From assembly GCA_021798935.1 (NCBI GenBank), contig JAJZBL010000001.1, positions 129,292 to 193,291 of the forward strand: a DNA stretch of 64,000 nucleotides. Reading direction: 5' to 3'. The notes beneath the pieces were generated by a model. That model saw nothing but the letters and a program-made list of their open reading frames with translations. It was not told where the DNA came from and did no database searches. This DNA is from Candidatus Micrarchaeota archaeon. Its GTDB lineage: Archaea > Micrarchaeota > Micrarchaeia > Micrarchaeales > Micrarchaeaceae. Every line of letters begins with the position of its first letter. The stretch's first letter is position 1. The position numbers and the translations under genes are program-made. This document shows, one piece after another, positions 28,125-37,681 of this stretch.

Positions 28125-28523
28125 TTGAGAGATATGAATTCAAGCCCTATTGCAGGAACAAATTCATTTAATCTAGCAGAGGTTAAAAATGAAATTAAAA
28201 GAATATACAAGAGCTATGACAATAAAAATATAGTTTTAGAAGAATTAACCGGCTTGAGGGTATCAGTATATAAGAGCACAGATAAAGGCAGAATAGGGAT
28301 TAGAGGAATAGTTTTTAAAGAAACCAAGAACACATTGCAGATAAAGTGCAAAGACAGAACCCTTAAAATATTGCCTAAAAAGGGGTCAATATTTAAATTT
28401 TATGCATTAAAGAATTCATTTACTGTAAAAGGAGAAGAAATAGGATTCAGGAGCTATGAGAGAACTAAGAAATCCCTGAAATTTTACAAAATACGGAAAA
28501 CCCAAAACAGGCAAATTCATTAA
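28125..28523 (+). CDS. rnp1: RNase P protein Rpp29
   Basis: ELTGL.V.V..S......GI.G.V..ETKNTL.I...LPK.GSIFKF...V.G.EI..R; directly upstream of S17. Confidence 0.88.
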   Translation: MRDMNSSPIAGTNSFNLAEVKNEIKRIYKSYDNKNIVLEELTGLRVSVYKSTDKGRIGIRGIVFKETKNTLQIKCKDRTLKILPKKGSIFKFYALKNSFTVKGEEIGFRSYERTKKSLKFYKIRKTQNRQIH

Positions 28524-28525
28524 CA

Positions 28526-28539
28526 AAAGGTATTTATAA
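28526..28539 (+). promoter_or_regulatory. BRE-TATA promoter upstream of rps17
   Basis: CAAAAGGTATTTATAATTT is identical over 19 nt to 40216-40234. Confidence 0.65.
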
Positions 28540-28670
28540 TTTTATTACTAATTTGTAAAAGCTGTATGTAAGATTGTAATTAAGAATTACACTTTGCCCT
28601 TATTTAGCAAAGTATTTAAATAATCCTACAGAATTAATTACAGGTTTTATTTATAATTTTAAACTAAAAA

Positions 28671-28970
28671 GTGATTAACTTGGAATGCAATGACCCTAAA
28701 TGCCCAGTACACGGCAATTTAAAAACTCACGGAGCTGAATTTGAAGGTGTTGTAGTCAGTACAAAAGCTGCAAAAACTGCAATAATCAAAAGAGAATATA
28801 CAATATTTTTGCACAAATATGAGAGGTCACTTAGGAAAACCTCAAAGATACACGCTTATAGCCCCGAGTGCATGAATATAAAGACAGGAGATAAAGTTTT
28901 GATAGCTGGATGCAGGAAAGTAAGCAAAACCAAAGCTTTTGTAGTGGTAAAAAAGGTCTCTGGTGATTGA
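28671..28970 (+). CDS. rps17: 30S ribosomal protein S17
   Basis: [10 protein letters not shown]...G..FEG.VVS.K..KT, YER..RK.SKI.A..P.C, C.KVSKTK.FVV. Confidence 0.95.
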   Translation: MINLECNDPKCPVHGNLKTHGAEFEGVVVSTKAAKTAIIKREYTIFLHKYERSLRKTSKIHAYSPECMNIKTGDKVLIAGCRKVSKTKAFVVVKKVSGD

Positions 28971-28971
28971 A

Positions 28972-29370
28972 ATGGCAGGAATAATAGGAAAAGTATCAAA
29001 AACCTTGATACCTGGAAGTATACTTACTTGTGCAGATAATAGTGGAGCAAAAACTCTGATGATAATAAATAAGATAGGCAAATCAGGAAGGAGAGGAGGA
29101 TTAGCCAATTCAGGGATAGGAGATATAGTTATGGCAAGTGTTAAAAGCGGAACACCTGCTTATAGAAAGAAAAAAGTCAGAGCTATAATAATAAGGCAAA
29201 AGCATCCTTTGAGAAGGAAAAATGGCATACACGTGAGATTTGAGGATAATGCCGCAATACTAATAACAGATAGTGATCTTCCTGTTGGAACTGAAGTAAA
29301 AGGTGCAATGGCACGTGAAGTAATAGAGAAGAATATTAAGCTAGCAGGGATAGCTTCAAGAGTAGTTTAA
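28972..29370 (+). CDS. rpl14: 50S ribosomal protein L14
   Basis: CADNSGAK, GIGD.V.ASVK.G.P, A.IIRQK..RRKNG..V.FEDNAA. Confidence 0.96.
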   Translation: MAGIIGKVSKTLIPGSILTCADNSGAKTLMIINKIGKSGRRGGLANSGIGDIVMASVKSGTPAYRKKKVRAIIIRQKHPLRRKNGIHVRFEDNAAILITDSDLPVGTEVKGAMAREVIEKNIKLAGIASRVV

Positions 29371-29379
29371 GTGATATTT

Positions 29380-29919
29380 ATGGGAATGTTAAAAAGCAGT
29401 CAGCCAAAAAAACAGATTAAATTCAGGCATGAGGCACCAATGCATCTTAAGCAGCATTTTGTACATGCAAATCTAAACAAATCTGCAAGAGAAAAATACA
29501 AGCTTAATAAGAGAGCGGTGCAGATATGTAAAGGCGACACGGTAAAGATAATGACGGGATCACACAAAGGTACCACCGGAAAGGTTACCATGGTAAATAT
29601 GAAGAAGCAGTTTATATACTTAGATTCGCTGAAGAGAAAGAATGCAAGAGGAAAAGAAATAAATATCCCAATAACAGCAAGCAATGTATCAATAATAGAA
29701 TTGAATTTAAGCGATAAATATAGGGCATCAAAGTTAAAGTTAAAGCAGGTTATTGCACCAAAAGAGGAACCACGCAAGAAAGAAGTTCCTTCAAGTAGTG
29801 AAACTACAAGCAATGTAGAGGAAGTATCAAAAGAATTACCTTCAAATGAAGTTCAAAGCAAGGAACTTGAAAGCAAAGAGGAAAAAAGTTCGGTTATAAC
29901 CGATAAAAATGAGGTATGA
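29380..29919 (+). CDS. rpl24: 50S ribosomal protein L24 with acidic C-terminal tail
   Basis: SSQPKKQ.KF...AP.H, KOW motif KGD.VKIM.G..KG..GKV, SNV.IIELNL.D..R. Confidence 0.95.
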   Translation: MGMLKSSQPKKQIKFRHEAPMHLKQHFVHANLNKSAREKYKLNKRAVQICKGDTVKIMTGSHKGTTGKVTMVNMKKQFIYLDSLKRKNARGKEINIPITASNVSIIELNLSDKYRASKLKLKQVIAPKEEPRKKEVPSSSETTSNVEEVSKELPSNEVQSKELESKEEKSSVITDKNEV

Positions 29920-30605
29920 TCATGGCAAAAAAAGGAGGTACTAATCATATAAAGAGCCTGGCAGCACCAGAGTTCTTCAATATTAACAGGAAAGAAGAAA
30001 CTTACGTAGCTAGGCCTCTTCCAGGTAGGCATAATATCAACAGTGCTGTTCCATTGGAAGAACCTTTAAAGCAGTTGGGTTACTCTGATAATTACAGTGA
30101 TGCAGCAAAAGTGATAAAATCAGGAAAGATAAAGGTAAATGGTAAAGTAATAAAAGAGAAAAAATTCCCTATAGGATTAAGTGATGTAATATCTATAGGA
30201 ACCAAAAATTACCTTGTTTCCATAGACAAATTTAGCCATATATCATTTAAAGAAGTAAAAGATCCTGAATACTTTATCTACAAAGTAGTAAGAAAAGATA
30301 AATTCAAAGGCAATAAGATAAGAGTGTGCCTTAACAGCGGAACAGTCATAGATGCAGGTGAACATGCAAATAAGATAAACCCTGGAGATTCAGTTAAGAT
30401 AGACAAAAACAACAAGATAATTGAAGTAATAAAAATGCAGAAGGGTGCAAAATGTACTGTAGTCAGTGGTGTACACGTAGCATCTTCTGGTTCAATAGAG
30501 GATATAAAGCAAGGTAATATGCATACAGGCAAAGTTGTCATAATAAAAGATGATAACGGTGAAGTGTTCGAAACACTGGAAAAAAATATAATAACGATGA
30601 GCTAA
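29916..30605 (+). CDS. rps4e: 30S ribosomal protein S4e
   Basis: HIKSLAAP, P.PG.H, KVNGKV.KE.KFPIGL.DVI. Confidence 0.94.
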   Translation: MIMAKKGGTNHIKSLAAPEFFNINRKEETYVARPLPGRHNINSAVPLEEPLKQLGYSDNYSDAAKVIKSGKIKVNGKVIKEKKFPIGLSDVISIGTKNYLVSIDKFSHISFKEVKDPEYFIYKVVRKDKFKGNKIRVCLNSGTVIDAGEHANKINPGDSVKIDKNNKIIEVIKMQKGAKCTVVSGVHVASSGSIEDIKQGNMHTGKVVIIKDDNGEVFETLEKNIITMS

Positions 30606-30606
30606 T

Positions 30607-31125
30607 ATGTCCGATAAAAATTTGATGAAGAATATTGAGATAGATAAAGTTGTCATAAATATCGGCAGCGGAAGCGATTCAAAGCTTCAGGATAATGCCA
30701 AAAGGCTATTGGAGAAGATAACACATATGAAGCCTGCAGACAGCCTTTCAAAGAGAAGGAATCCCACATTTAAAATTTCAAAGGGTACAAAGATTGGAGC
30801 ATTTGTGACATTAAGGGGCAAAAATGCGAATTCCTTGCTGCCTAAACTATTTGAAGCTGCAGATAACAAATTAAAGCCCAAAGCGATAACTACAAATACG
30901 ATAAATTTTGGAATAAGGGAGTATATAGATATAAATGGAATCAAGTATGACCCTTCAATAGGAATGCTTGGAATGAATGTAAACATAGCTCTGAAAAGGC
31001 CTGGATTTAGGGTAGCAGATAAAAAAATAAAGAGAGGAAAGATAAAAGAGCATCATAAAAAGATAAGCAATGATGAAATAACTGAATTTGTCAAGAATAA
31101 GTTTAACGTATCAATCGGCGAATAA
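30607..31125 (+). CDS. rpl5: 50S ribosomal protein L5
   Basis: I.KVVINIGSG, F.I.KG..IGA.VTLRG, FGI.EYID..G.KYDP.IGM.GM. Confidence 0.95.
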   Translation: MSDKNLMKNIEIDKVVINIGSGSDSKLQDNAKRLLEKITHMKPADSLSKRRNPTFKISKGTKIGAFVTLRGKNANSLLPKLFEAADNKLKPKAITTNTINFGIREYIDINGIKYDPSIGMLGMNVNIALKRPGFRVADKKIKRGKIKEHHKKISNDEITEFVKNKFNVSIGE

Positions 31126-31127
31126 TT

Positions 31128-31286
31128 ATGAAGGTTAAAGAAGAAGAAAAATATAAAGGCAAAGGAATTCGCAAGTGCAAAATCTGTGGCACAAGCAGAG
31201 GGCTTATAAGATCTCATAATCTCTACATATGCAGGAGATGCTTTAGGGAGGTTGCAAAAAGTTTAAATTTCAGAAAATATGGTTGA
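31128..31286 (+). CDS. rps14: 30S ribosomal protein S14 (Zn-binding type)
   Basis: Below the track cutoff. Manual translation MKVKEEEKYKGKGIRKCKICGTSRGLIRSHNLYICRRCFREVAKSLNFRKYG, between L5 and S8. Confidence 0.95.
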   Translation: MKVKEEEKYKGKGIRKCKICGTSRGLIRSHNLYICRRCFREVAKSLNFRKYG

Positions 31287-31674
31287 TCAAATGGTAGACA
31301 AGGTAGCTGATGCGATTAATACGATCAAGACAAACGAGAGGATAGGCAGAGTAGAGTGCAATGTGCCTTCAAACAAGCTGATAAAATCTATATTAGAAGT
31401 ACTTAAATCTAATAATTACATAGAGGGCTTTGAGGAGTTTTCTGTAAGGTATGAAAAGTTTTTGAAGATAAAATTGTCCAATAAGATAAATGGCATCGGT
31501 GTAATTAAGCCACGTTTTACAGTATCACAGAGCAACATGACAAAATACGAAGAAATGTACATACCAAGCAAGGATTTCGGTATTCTTGTGATATCTACTA
31601 CAGAAGGGTTATTGACAAATAAAGAGGCAAGAGCAAAGAATATAGGAGGCTCTCTGATAATGTATGTTTACTGA
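31279..31674 (+). CDS. rps8: 30S ribosomal protein S8
   Basis: D..ADAINTIKT.E, L.VL....YI..FE, IN..G.IKPRF, P..DFG.LVISTT.G..T..EA..K.IGG.L..YVY. Confidence 0.95.
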   Translation: MVDQMVDKVADAINTIKTNERIGRVECNVPSNKLIKSILEVLKSNNYIEGFEEFSVRYEKFLKIKLSNKINGIGVIKPRFTVSQSNMTKYEEMYIPSKDFGILVISTTEGLLTNKEARAKNIGGSLIMYVY

Positions 31675-31704
31675 ATTCAGGTTTAAAAAGTTTTGATGGT
31701 AATT

Positions 31705-32226
31705 ATGTATAAGATTGACATTCCAGAAGGCATAAAAGTTGAGGAAGCAGGGAATACCCTTAAGATAACTGGCAAGCTTGGCTCAAACGAAAGGCAGTTC
31801 AATGATAGCCTAATGAGTGTAAGATTGGAGAACAATCAGATAGTAATAGAGAAAACAGATTACAAGAAGCTAAACAAGAAGGCTTCAATTGCAATTAAAA
31901 CTTTCATGAGCGAGATAGGCAATGACATTAAAGGAGTAAATGAATATTATGAGACAAAGATGGAAGCAGTATTCGCCCATTTTCCTATGACTCTTGAAGT
32001 TAGCGGGAAAAAGCTCATAATAAAAAATATGCTAGGAGAAAGGACTGCAAGAGAGAGTAGGATAATAGGAGATTCAAAAGTAGAAGTAAAAGATAAAAAA
32101 ATTAGGATATATGGCACTAAGCTGGATGACGTAATGCAGACTGCCGCCAACTTTAGAGCAACGACAAAGGTAAAAAATAAAGATGAAAGAGTATTCCAAG
32201 ATGGAATTTACTTCTCTATAGAGTGA
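31705..32226 (+). CDS. rpl6: 50S ribosomal protein L6
   Basis: IPEG.KV, I.GKLG, AHFPM, KN.LGER..R, KDERVFQDGIY. Start uncertain (31693-31705). Confidence 0.95.
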   Translation: MYKIDIPEGIKVEEAGNTLKITGKLGSNERQFNDSLMSVRLENNQIVIEKTDYKKLNKKASIAIKTFMSEIGNDIKGVNEYYETKMEAVFAHFPMTLEVSGKKLIIKNMLGERTARESRIIGDSKVEVKDKKIRIYGTKLDDVMQTAANFRATTKVKNKDERVFQDGIYFSIE

Positions 32227-32230
32227 TTTT

Positions 32231-32599
32231 ATGGCACAATTAAAAAAGAAAGAGCACCCAAAATTCAATGTACCAAACTTCAATACTAAAAATAGGAAGA
32301 GAGTACCTGAGAGATGGAGGAAGCAGAGAGGTATAGATAACAAAAAGAGAGTTAAAAAGAATTTTACAGGTGCTGAGCCCACTATAGGGTATAAAAATCC
32401 CGATTCAGTAAGGGGAATCAGAGCATCTGGAAGAAGAGCTGAGCTTGTGCACAACGAAGCAGAGCTTAAAGGAATTGTAGAGTCAAAGAAAAATGTTGAT
32501 ATAATATTGGCTAAAGCAATAGGAAGAAAGAAAAAACTTGCACTTACCAAAATTGCCCAGAAAAGCAATCTTAAAGTTGTAAATGGTGTTTCACAATGA
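32231..32599 (+). CDS. rpl32e: 50S ribosomal protein L32e
   Basis: PKF, WRKQRGIDNK.R, P.IGY..P..VRG..ASG...LVHN..EL. Confidence 0.95.
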   Translation: MAQLKKKEHPKFNVPNFNTKNRKRVPERWRKQRGIDNKKRVKKNFTGAEPTIGYKNPDSVRGIRASGRRAELVHNEAELKGIVESKKNVDIILAKAIGRKKKLALTKIAQKSNLKVVNGVSQ

Positions 32600-33069
32600 G
32601 TGTAAAACTTACTAAGCGTGTTGCAAGCTCCTTACTTAAAAGGGGCAGAAATTCAATAAGGATTAAGGAAGACGCAATTGAAACTGCAACAAAAGCAATA
32701 ACAAGAGAAGATGTAAGAGATATGATAAAGAAGGGCGAGGTTTATGCCAAGCCAAAGAAAAAAGTTCAAAGCCTTTATGGAAAGCTTCTATCAAAGAAGA
32801 GGAAAAAAGGCAGAGCCAGGGGTCCAGGAAGAAAGAGAGGTACACTGAAAGCAAGGACTGGAGACCTATATATCAAAAAAATAAGGGCACAGCGCAGGAT
32901 AATCAAAAAGATGAAAGAAGACAAGATTATAGACAACCAAGTATTCAAGAAGTTCTATGCTCTTGCAAAGGGAGGGTCATTCAACAGCAAAGCATCACTC
33001 CTTAACCATATGAGGGGGGATGGAGTAAAGATTGATGACGAAATGTACAATAAGCTTAAACATGTGTGA
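32596..33069 (+). CDS. rpl19e: 50S ribosomal protein L19e
   Basis: KRVA..LL..G..SIRI, AITREDVR..I..G, RGPG.K.G...AR, IRAQR. Confidence 0.96.
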   Translation: MSVKLTKRVASSLLKRGRNSIRIKEDAIETATKAITREDVRDMIKKGEVYAKPKKKVQSLYGKLLSKKRKKGRARGPGRKRGTLKARTGDLYIKKIRAQRRIIKKMKEDKIIDNQVFKKFYALAKGGSFNSKASLLNHMRGDGVKIDDEMYNKLKHV

Positions 33070-33617
33070 TGATTAATATGATAGCAAGAAGGAGAAGAGA
33101 TTCAATTACCAATTATCGTAAGAGGCTTGCCTTGCTTAAAGGAGATAAGACAAGGTTGGTCGTAAGAAAGACTAACCGGCATATAATAATTGAATTGGTT
33201 GATTATAAAGTAGATGGAGATAAAGTTTTAACTACAGTAAACTCAAAGGACTTGGAAAAACTTGGATGGGTATCACACAGCAACTTGCCAACAGCATACC
33301 TAGCAGGCCTTATGATGGCTAAGAAAGCAAAGGAGCTTAAGTTCTCAAAGGAAGTTCTGCTCGACATGGGTTTGTACAAACCAATGAAAAATGGCGTAAT
33401 ATTCGCTGCAGCCGAAGGATGCATAGATGGAGGCCTTAAGGTAATTGGAAGCTTCAAAGTAGACAAGGAGAGGATTTCAGGCAAGCACATAGCAGACTAT
33501 ATAAAGGAGGACCCTTCAAAAGAAAAATTATTCTCAAGCTATTCAAAAAATAAATTTAATGCTAAAAATTTCCCTGAAACATTCAAGGAGATAAAATCTA
33601 AAATTAATGGTGCATGA
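33066..33617 (+). CDS. rpl18: 50S ribosomal protein L18
   Basis: RRRR...T.YRKRL.LL, RLVVRKTN, NLPTAYL.G, LD.G, F.AAEG..DGGL, RI.G.HIA.Y. Confidence 0.95.
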   Translation: MMINMIARRRRDSITNYRKRLALLKGDKTRLVVRKTNRHIIIELVDYKVDGDKVLTTVNSKDLEKLGWVSHSNLPTAYLAGLMMAKKAKELKFSKEVLLDMGLYKPMKNGVIFAAAEGCIDGGLKVIGSFKVDKERISGKHIADYIKEDPSKEKLFSSYSKNKFNAKNFPETFKEIKSKINGA

Positions 33618-34321
33618 TAATGATGTTCAAAAGAAGAAACAATAGGGACAACGAATCAGATCTTATAAATCTAGAAGAGTGGTCTCCTAAAACTCAATTG
33701 GGAAAGGATGTAAAGGAGAAGAAGGTAACCTCTATAGAGCAGATTTTTAATGCAGGAAAGAGAATAGAAGAAATAGAGATAGTTTACTCTCTTCTGCCAA
33801 ACATGAAAAGCGAAGTAATCGATATATCAAGCGTACAGAGAATGACTAAGAACAACAGGAAGCAGAAATATAGAGTTACTGTAGTAGTAGGAGACATGAG
33901 AGGACACGTAGGCGTTGGTTCCGCGAAAGATATCGAGGTAAAGAAGGCAATAGACAATGCGACCAAGAACGCCAAGATAAATGTTATACCCGTAGTATTA
34001 GGTTGTGGATCATGGCAGTGCACATGCGGCACATCACATAGTTTGCCATTTAATGCTGTAGGAAAGTGTGGCAGCGTTGAAGTTACATTAAAGCCTGCAC
34101 CAAGAGGATTGGGAATAGTTGCTAGTTCACCTGTAAAGAAGATGCTTGAGCTTGCAGGAGTAAAGGATATATGGAGCTTCTCTCGTGGAAGGACAAGGTC
34201 AAAGTACAATACATTGATAGCAGTCCAGAGAGCACTTGAAAGCACTATAAGTATGAAGAATCTTACACCAGATGAAGTAGCATACAAGCCTCAGGAAACA
34301 GAGGCTGCTGAAAGCAGGTAA
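33614..34321 (+). CDS. rps5: 30S ribosomal protein S5
   Basis: W.PKT.LG, VQRMT...R..KYRV.VVVGD..G.VG.G, GCGSW.C.CG..HS.PF, PAP.GLG. Confidence 0.96.
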   Translation: MIMMFKRRNNRDNESDLINLEEWSPKTQLGKDVKEKKVTSIEQIFNAGKRIEEIEIVYSLLPNMKSEVIDISSVQRMTKNNRKQKYRVTVVVGDMRGHVGVGSAKDIEVKKAIDNATKNAKINVIPVVLGCGSWQCTCGTSHSLPFNAVGKCGSVEVTLKPAPRGLGIVASSPVKKMLELAGVKDIWSFSRGRTRSKYNTLIAVQRALESTISMKNLTPDEVAYKPQETEAAESR

Positions 34322-34376
34322 TTTCAGTATTTAAATACAAATTAATTCTTGTATATTTTATAAATGTATATTCAAA

Positions 34377-34766
34377 ATGCAAATAGCTGTTAAAGATGAT
34401 AATATGGAAGTTTGGGTAGATAAGCCAAAATGCACAGGATGCCAGCACTGCAAAGATGTTTGCCCTGTTGGAGTTTTTGAATTAATGAACAGGAATGACA
34501 AGGACAAGATTAATAGTGGAGATCCAGCTCCTGAAAATGCAAAGTGGGAAGGAAAGAGCGATCCAGCTGTAGTCGAAAAATGGAAAGATGTAGACGATGG
34601 CCATAGGCATTTTGCGGATGACAATGATGGCACCAGTGGAGGAATGTCCGTTGCCGTAAACGGAGAAGCATGTATATTATGCCAGGCTTGCTTGATTGAA
34701 TGCGAAGGCGAATGCATCCATATAAAGGATGACCAGGGAGAAGAATTCAAGTCTATATATGCTTGA
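34377..34766 (+). CDS. Dicluster 2x[4Fe-4S]-type ferredoxin with long internal insertion
   Basis: CTGCQHCKDVCP and CILCQACLIEC motifs separated by an insertion of about 50 aa. Confidence 0.88.
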   Translation: MQIAVKDDNMEVWVDKPKCTGCQHCKDVCPVGVFELMNRNDKDKINSGDPAPENAKWEGKSDPAVVEKWKDVDDGHRHFADDNDGTSGGMSVAVNGEACILCQACLIECEGECIHIKDDQGEEFKSIYA

Positions 34767-34993
34767 TTCTTTCTTTTTATCTATTTCTTATTTTTGTCAT
34801 TAATTTTCGAATTCTTTCTGTATTTAGTACAAAAAGAAAGAATTTTTATACAAAAGGTTAAAAAATAAAAAACCTATTTACAATTGAAGAATATTTATTA
34901 ATCAAAGTGCCAAAAGCAAATGAAGTTTTAGTAGATGTCATCTTCACATTTCAGCGTCTGCTTAACCTTATATAAATACGAAAGAGCGTTAAT

Positions 34994-37681
34994 ATGATAG
35001 AATTTGTAGAAAAACCCTTCAGCGATGAGGAAAGCTTATCTGTTCTCAACAAGTACGTCCGGAACTGGTTTACATCCAATTTCTCAGAGTTGACTCCGCC
35101 GCAGAAGTTCAGCTTTAAGCTTATAAGCGAGCATAAAAATGTACTGATAACTGCACCTACAGGTTCCGGAAAGACTATGTCAGCATTTGTATCAATCCTG
35201 AACGATTTATTCAATAAATCGTTGTCAAACAAACTAGGCAACAAGATATACTGCCTTTATATATCTCCTTTAAAAGCGCTTAATAATGACGTATTAAGGA
35301 ACCTAACTAGGCCTCTTGAAGGCATATATGATATAATAAAGAAGGATAGGGGATTAGACATCATCAAGGAGAACATCAAAAGTGTCACGATAGGAGTAAG
35401 GACAGGTGATACCGATGCCAAGGAGCGAAGGGATCAGCTTATCCATCCTCCAAATATACTTGTTACAACACCTGAAAGCTTGGCAATATTGCTAAATTCA
35501 GAAAAATTCCTCCACAACTTAGATTCATTAGAGTATGTCGTTATAGATGAGATACACGAACTTGCCAACAACAAGAGAGGGGCGCATCTTTCCTTATCCA
35601 TTGAAAGGCTTGTAAATCAGCTCGGCAGGGATGTAAACAGAATAGGCCTCAGTGCAACTCTTTACCCTCTAGAAGAAGCCGCCAAATTCCTTGTAGGATT
35701 GAAAGATGGGAAACCACGGCAATGTTATGTGGTAGATGCATCATGGAGCAAGAAGCTTGAAGTGAAATCGATAAGCCCTGTAAAAGACCTTCTTTACACA
35801 CCTCCAGAGTTAGTTGAAACTGCAATATACGATGAGATAAACAACATAATAAAGAAGAGCAAAACAACATTGATATTTACAAACACTAGAAGTGGGACCG
35901 AAAGGGTCGTATTTAACCTGAAAAGAAGATTCAAGTACACCGATGCAGAGATAGGCGCACACCATAGTTCTCTTTCAAAAGAATCCCGTATAAACATCGA
36001 AGAATCCTTAAAGAAAGGCAATCTAAAATGTGCAGTGTCATCAACAAGCTTGGAGCTTGGAGTTGATATAGGCGATATAGACAACGTAGTGCAGCTCGGG
36101 TCACCAAAAAGCGTAACAAGGGCTATACAAAGGATAGGAAGGTCTGGGCATTCATTTAGGGAGGTAGCGAAAGGGGAGATAATAGTTGTGAATAGGGATG
36201 ATTTGGTAGAATGCAGCATAATGCTTTATGCAGCATTAAAGCACCATCTCGATTCGTTTTCGATACCCTTAAATTCATTAGATGTACTAGCACAGCATAT
36301 AGTTGGGATGGCAATAAACAGAGCATGGAAGGTTGATGAAGCGTATGAAGTTGTGAGGCAGGCTTATCCATATAGCACCTTAGAAAAAGAGGACTTTATA
36401 TCACTGATAAATTACCTAGCAGGAAATTATGTTGGCTTGGAGAGTAGGCATATATATGGAAAGATATGGTATGATGAGGAGAAACAGGAGTTTAGAAAGA
36501 GAGGAATGTATATAAAGCCAATATATATGCTTAATTTGGGTACAATACCAGATTCCGTTGCAATATCCGTATATCTGAAAGGCACAAAGGAATGGATTGG
36601 CAATCTAGAGGAAGGCTTTTTAGTGAGGCTTAAACCTGGCGACATATTCACATTAGGTGGGAAGCTGTACAAGTTTGAATACTCAAAAGGTATGAGCTGC
36701 TATGTATCAAAAGCGGATAGCAAAACTCCTACAATACCTCCGTGGTTTTCCGAAACCCTGCCTTTGAGTTATGAGCTTGCAGTTGAAATTGGAGAATTCA
36801 GGAGAAGGTTTACAGAAGTAATAAGGCCTTATATTAAGTATAAGAAGAGCAAGCTCCAAAAAATATTAAAAGGCGAAACTCTGCCAAAAGAAGCGGATGA
36901 AGTACTGTCAAGGCTTCCTATAAATAGCTATGCAAAGTACGCGATATTAGGATACTTTATGGAAGAATTGCTGTTTATAGGGGAAATTCCAAACGATCGA
37001 CTTTTGCTTATAGAATCAACTTCAGATGAGTTGGAAGGTGAGAATTACCTGATATTCCATTCGCTTTATGGAAGGAGGATAAATGATACGCTGTCAAGGC
37101 TTGCAGCTATGGTGCTAGGAGGGATGATGAATGAGGATATAGGCACGATGGTTACAGACAATGGCTTTATACTGCTTACGGGATCAAGGGTGGTTTCGGA
37201 AAGGCTTCTTGATGAATTGATGCATAATATGGTGAATGCAGACCCCTATAAAGTGCTTTCGGAGAACATAGAGAATACGGAATTGATGAAGCGCAAGTTC
37301 AGGCAGATTGCTGCTAGAAGCTTCATGATATTAAGAAATTACAAAGGAAACAAGATGTCTGTCTTGAGGCAGCAGATAAATTCCAATCTCATCCTTCAAG
37401 CACTTAAGGAGATAGATCCAAATTTTCCCATAATAAAAGAAACTTATAGAGAGATATTCAATGATATGATGGACTTGCCAAGGACTAAAGAGTTATTGCA
37501 AAAGATTAAAAAAGGCTCGGTAAAGTACAAGATGGTGGAAACCCCTTCGCCGTCTCCATTTGCCCATATGATGCTTACGCATGCACATTCGGATGTTGTA
37601 ATGATGAAGGATAGAAGGGATTACCTGCTGCACCTGCATAAGTTGGTGATGAGCAGGCTTTATGAGAGGAAGGTAATTTGA
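34994..37681 (+). CDS. lhr: Lhr-family SF2 helicase
   Basis: APTGSGKT, YISPLKALNND, TTPESL, IDEIHEL...KRG, GLSAT, HHSSLS...R, TSLELGVD, QRIGRSGH, DVLAQH. Confidence 0.95.
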   Translation: MIEFVEKPFSDEESLSVLNKYVRNWFTSNFSELTPPQKFSFKLISEHKNVLITAPTGSGKTMSAFVSILNDLFNKSLSNKLGNKIYCLYISPLKALNNDVLRNLTRPLEGIYDIIKKDRGLDIIKENIKSVTIGVRTGDTDAKERRDQLIHPPNILVTTPESLAILLNSEKFLHNLDSLEYVVIDEIHELANNKRGAHLSLSIERLVNQLGRDVNRIGLSATLYPLEEAAKFLVGLKDGKPRQCYVVDASWSKKLEVKSISPVKDLLYTPPELVETAIYDEINNIIKKSKTTLIFTNTRSGTERVVFNLKRRFKYTDAEIGAHHSSLSKESRINIEESLKKGNLKCAVSSTSLELGVDIGDIDNVVQLGSPKSVTRAIQRIGRSGHSFREVAKGEIIVVNRDDLVECSIMLYAALKHHLDSFSIPLNSLDVLAQHIVGMAINRAWKVDEAYEVVRQAYPYSTLEKEDFISLINYLAGNYVGLESRHIYGKIWYDEEKQEFRKRGMYIKPIYMLNLGTIPDSVAISVYLKGTKEWIGNLEEGFLVRLKPGDIFTLGGKLYKFEYSKGMSCYVSKADSKTPTIPPWFSETLPLSYELAVEIGEFRRRFTEVIRPYIKYKKSKLQKILKGETLPKEADEVLSRLPINSYAKYAILGYFMEELLFIGEIPNDRLLLIESTSDELEGENYLIFHSLYGRRINDTLSRLAAMVLGGMMNEDIGTMVTDNGFILLTGSRVVSERLLDELMHNMVNADPYKVLSENIENTELMKRKFRQIAARSFMILRNYKGNKMSVLRQQINSNLILQALKEIDPNFPIIKETYREIFNDMMDLPRTKELLQKIKKGSVKYKMVETPSPSPFAHMMLTHAHSDVVMMKDRRDYLLHLHKLVMSRLYERKVI

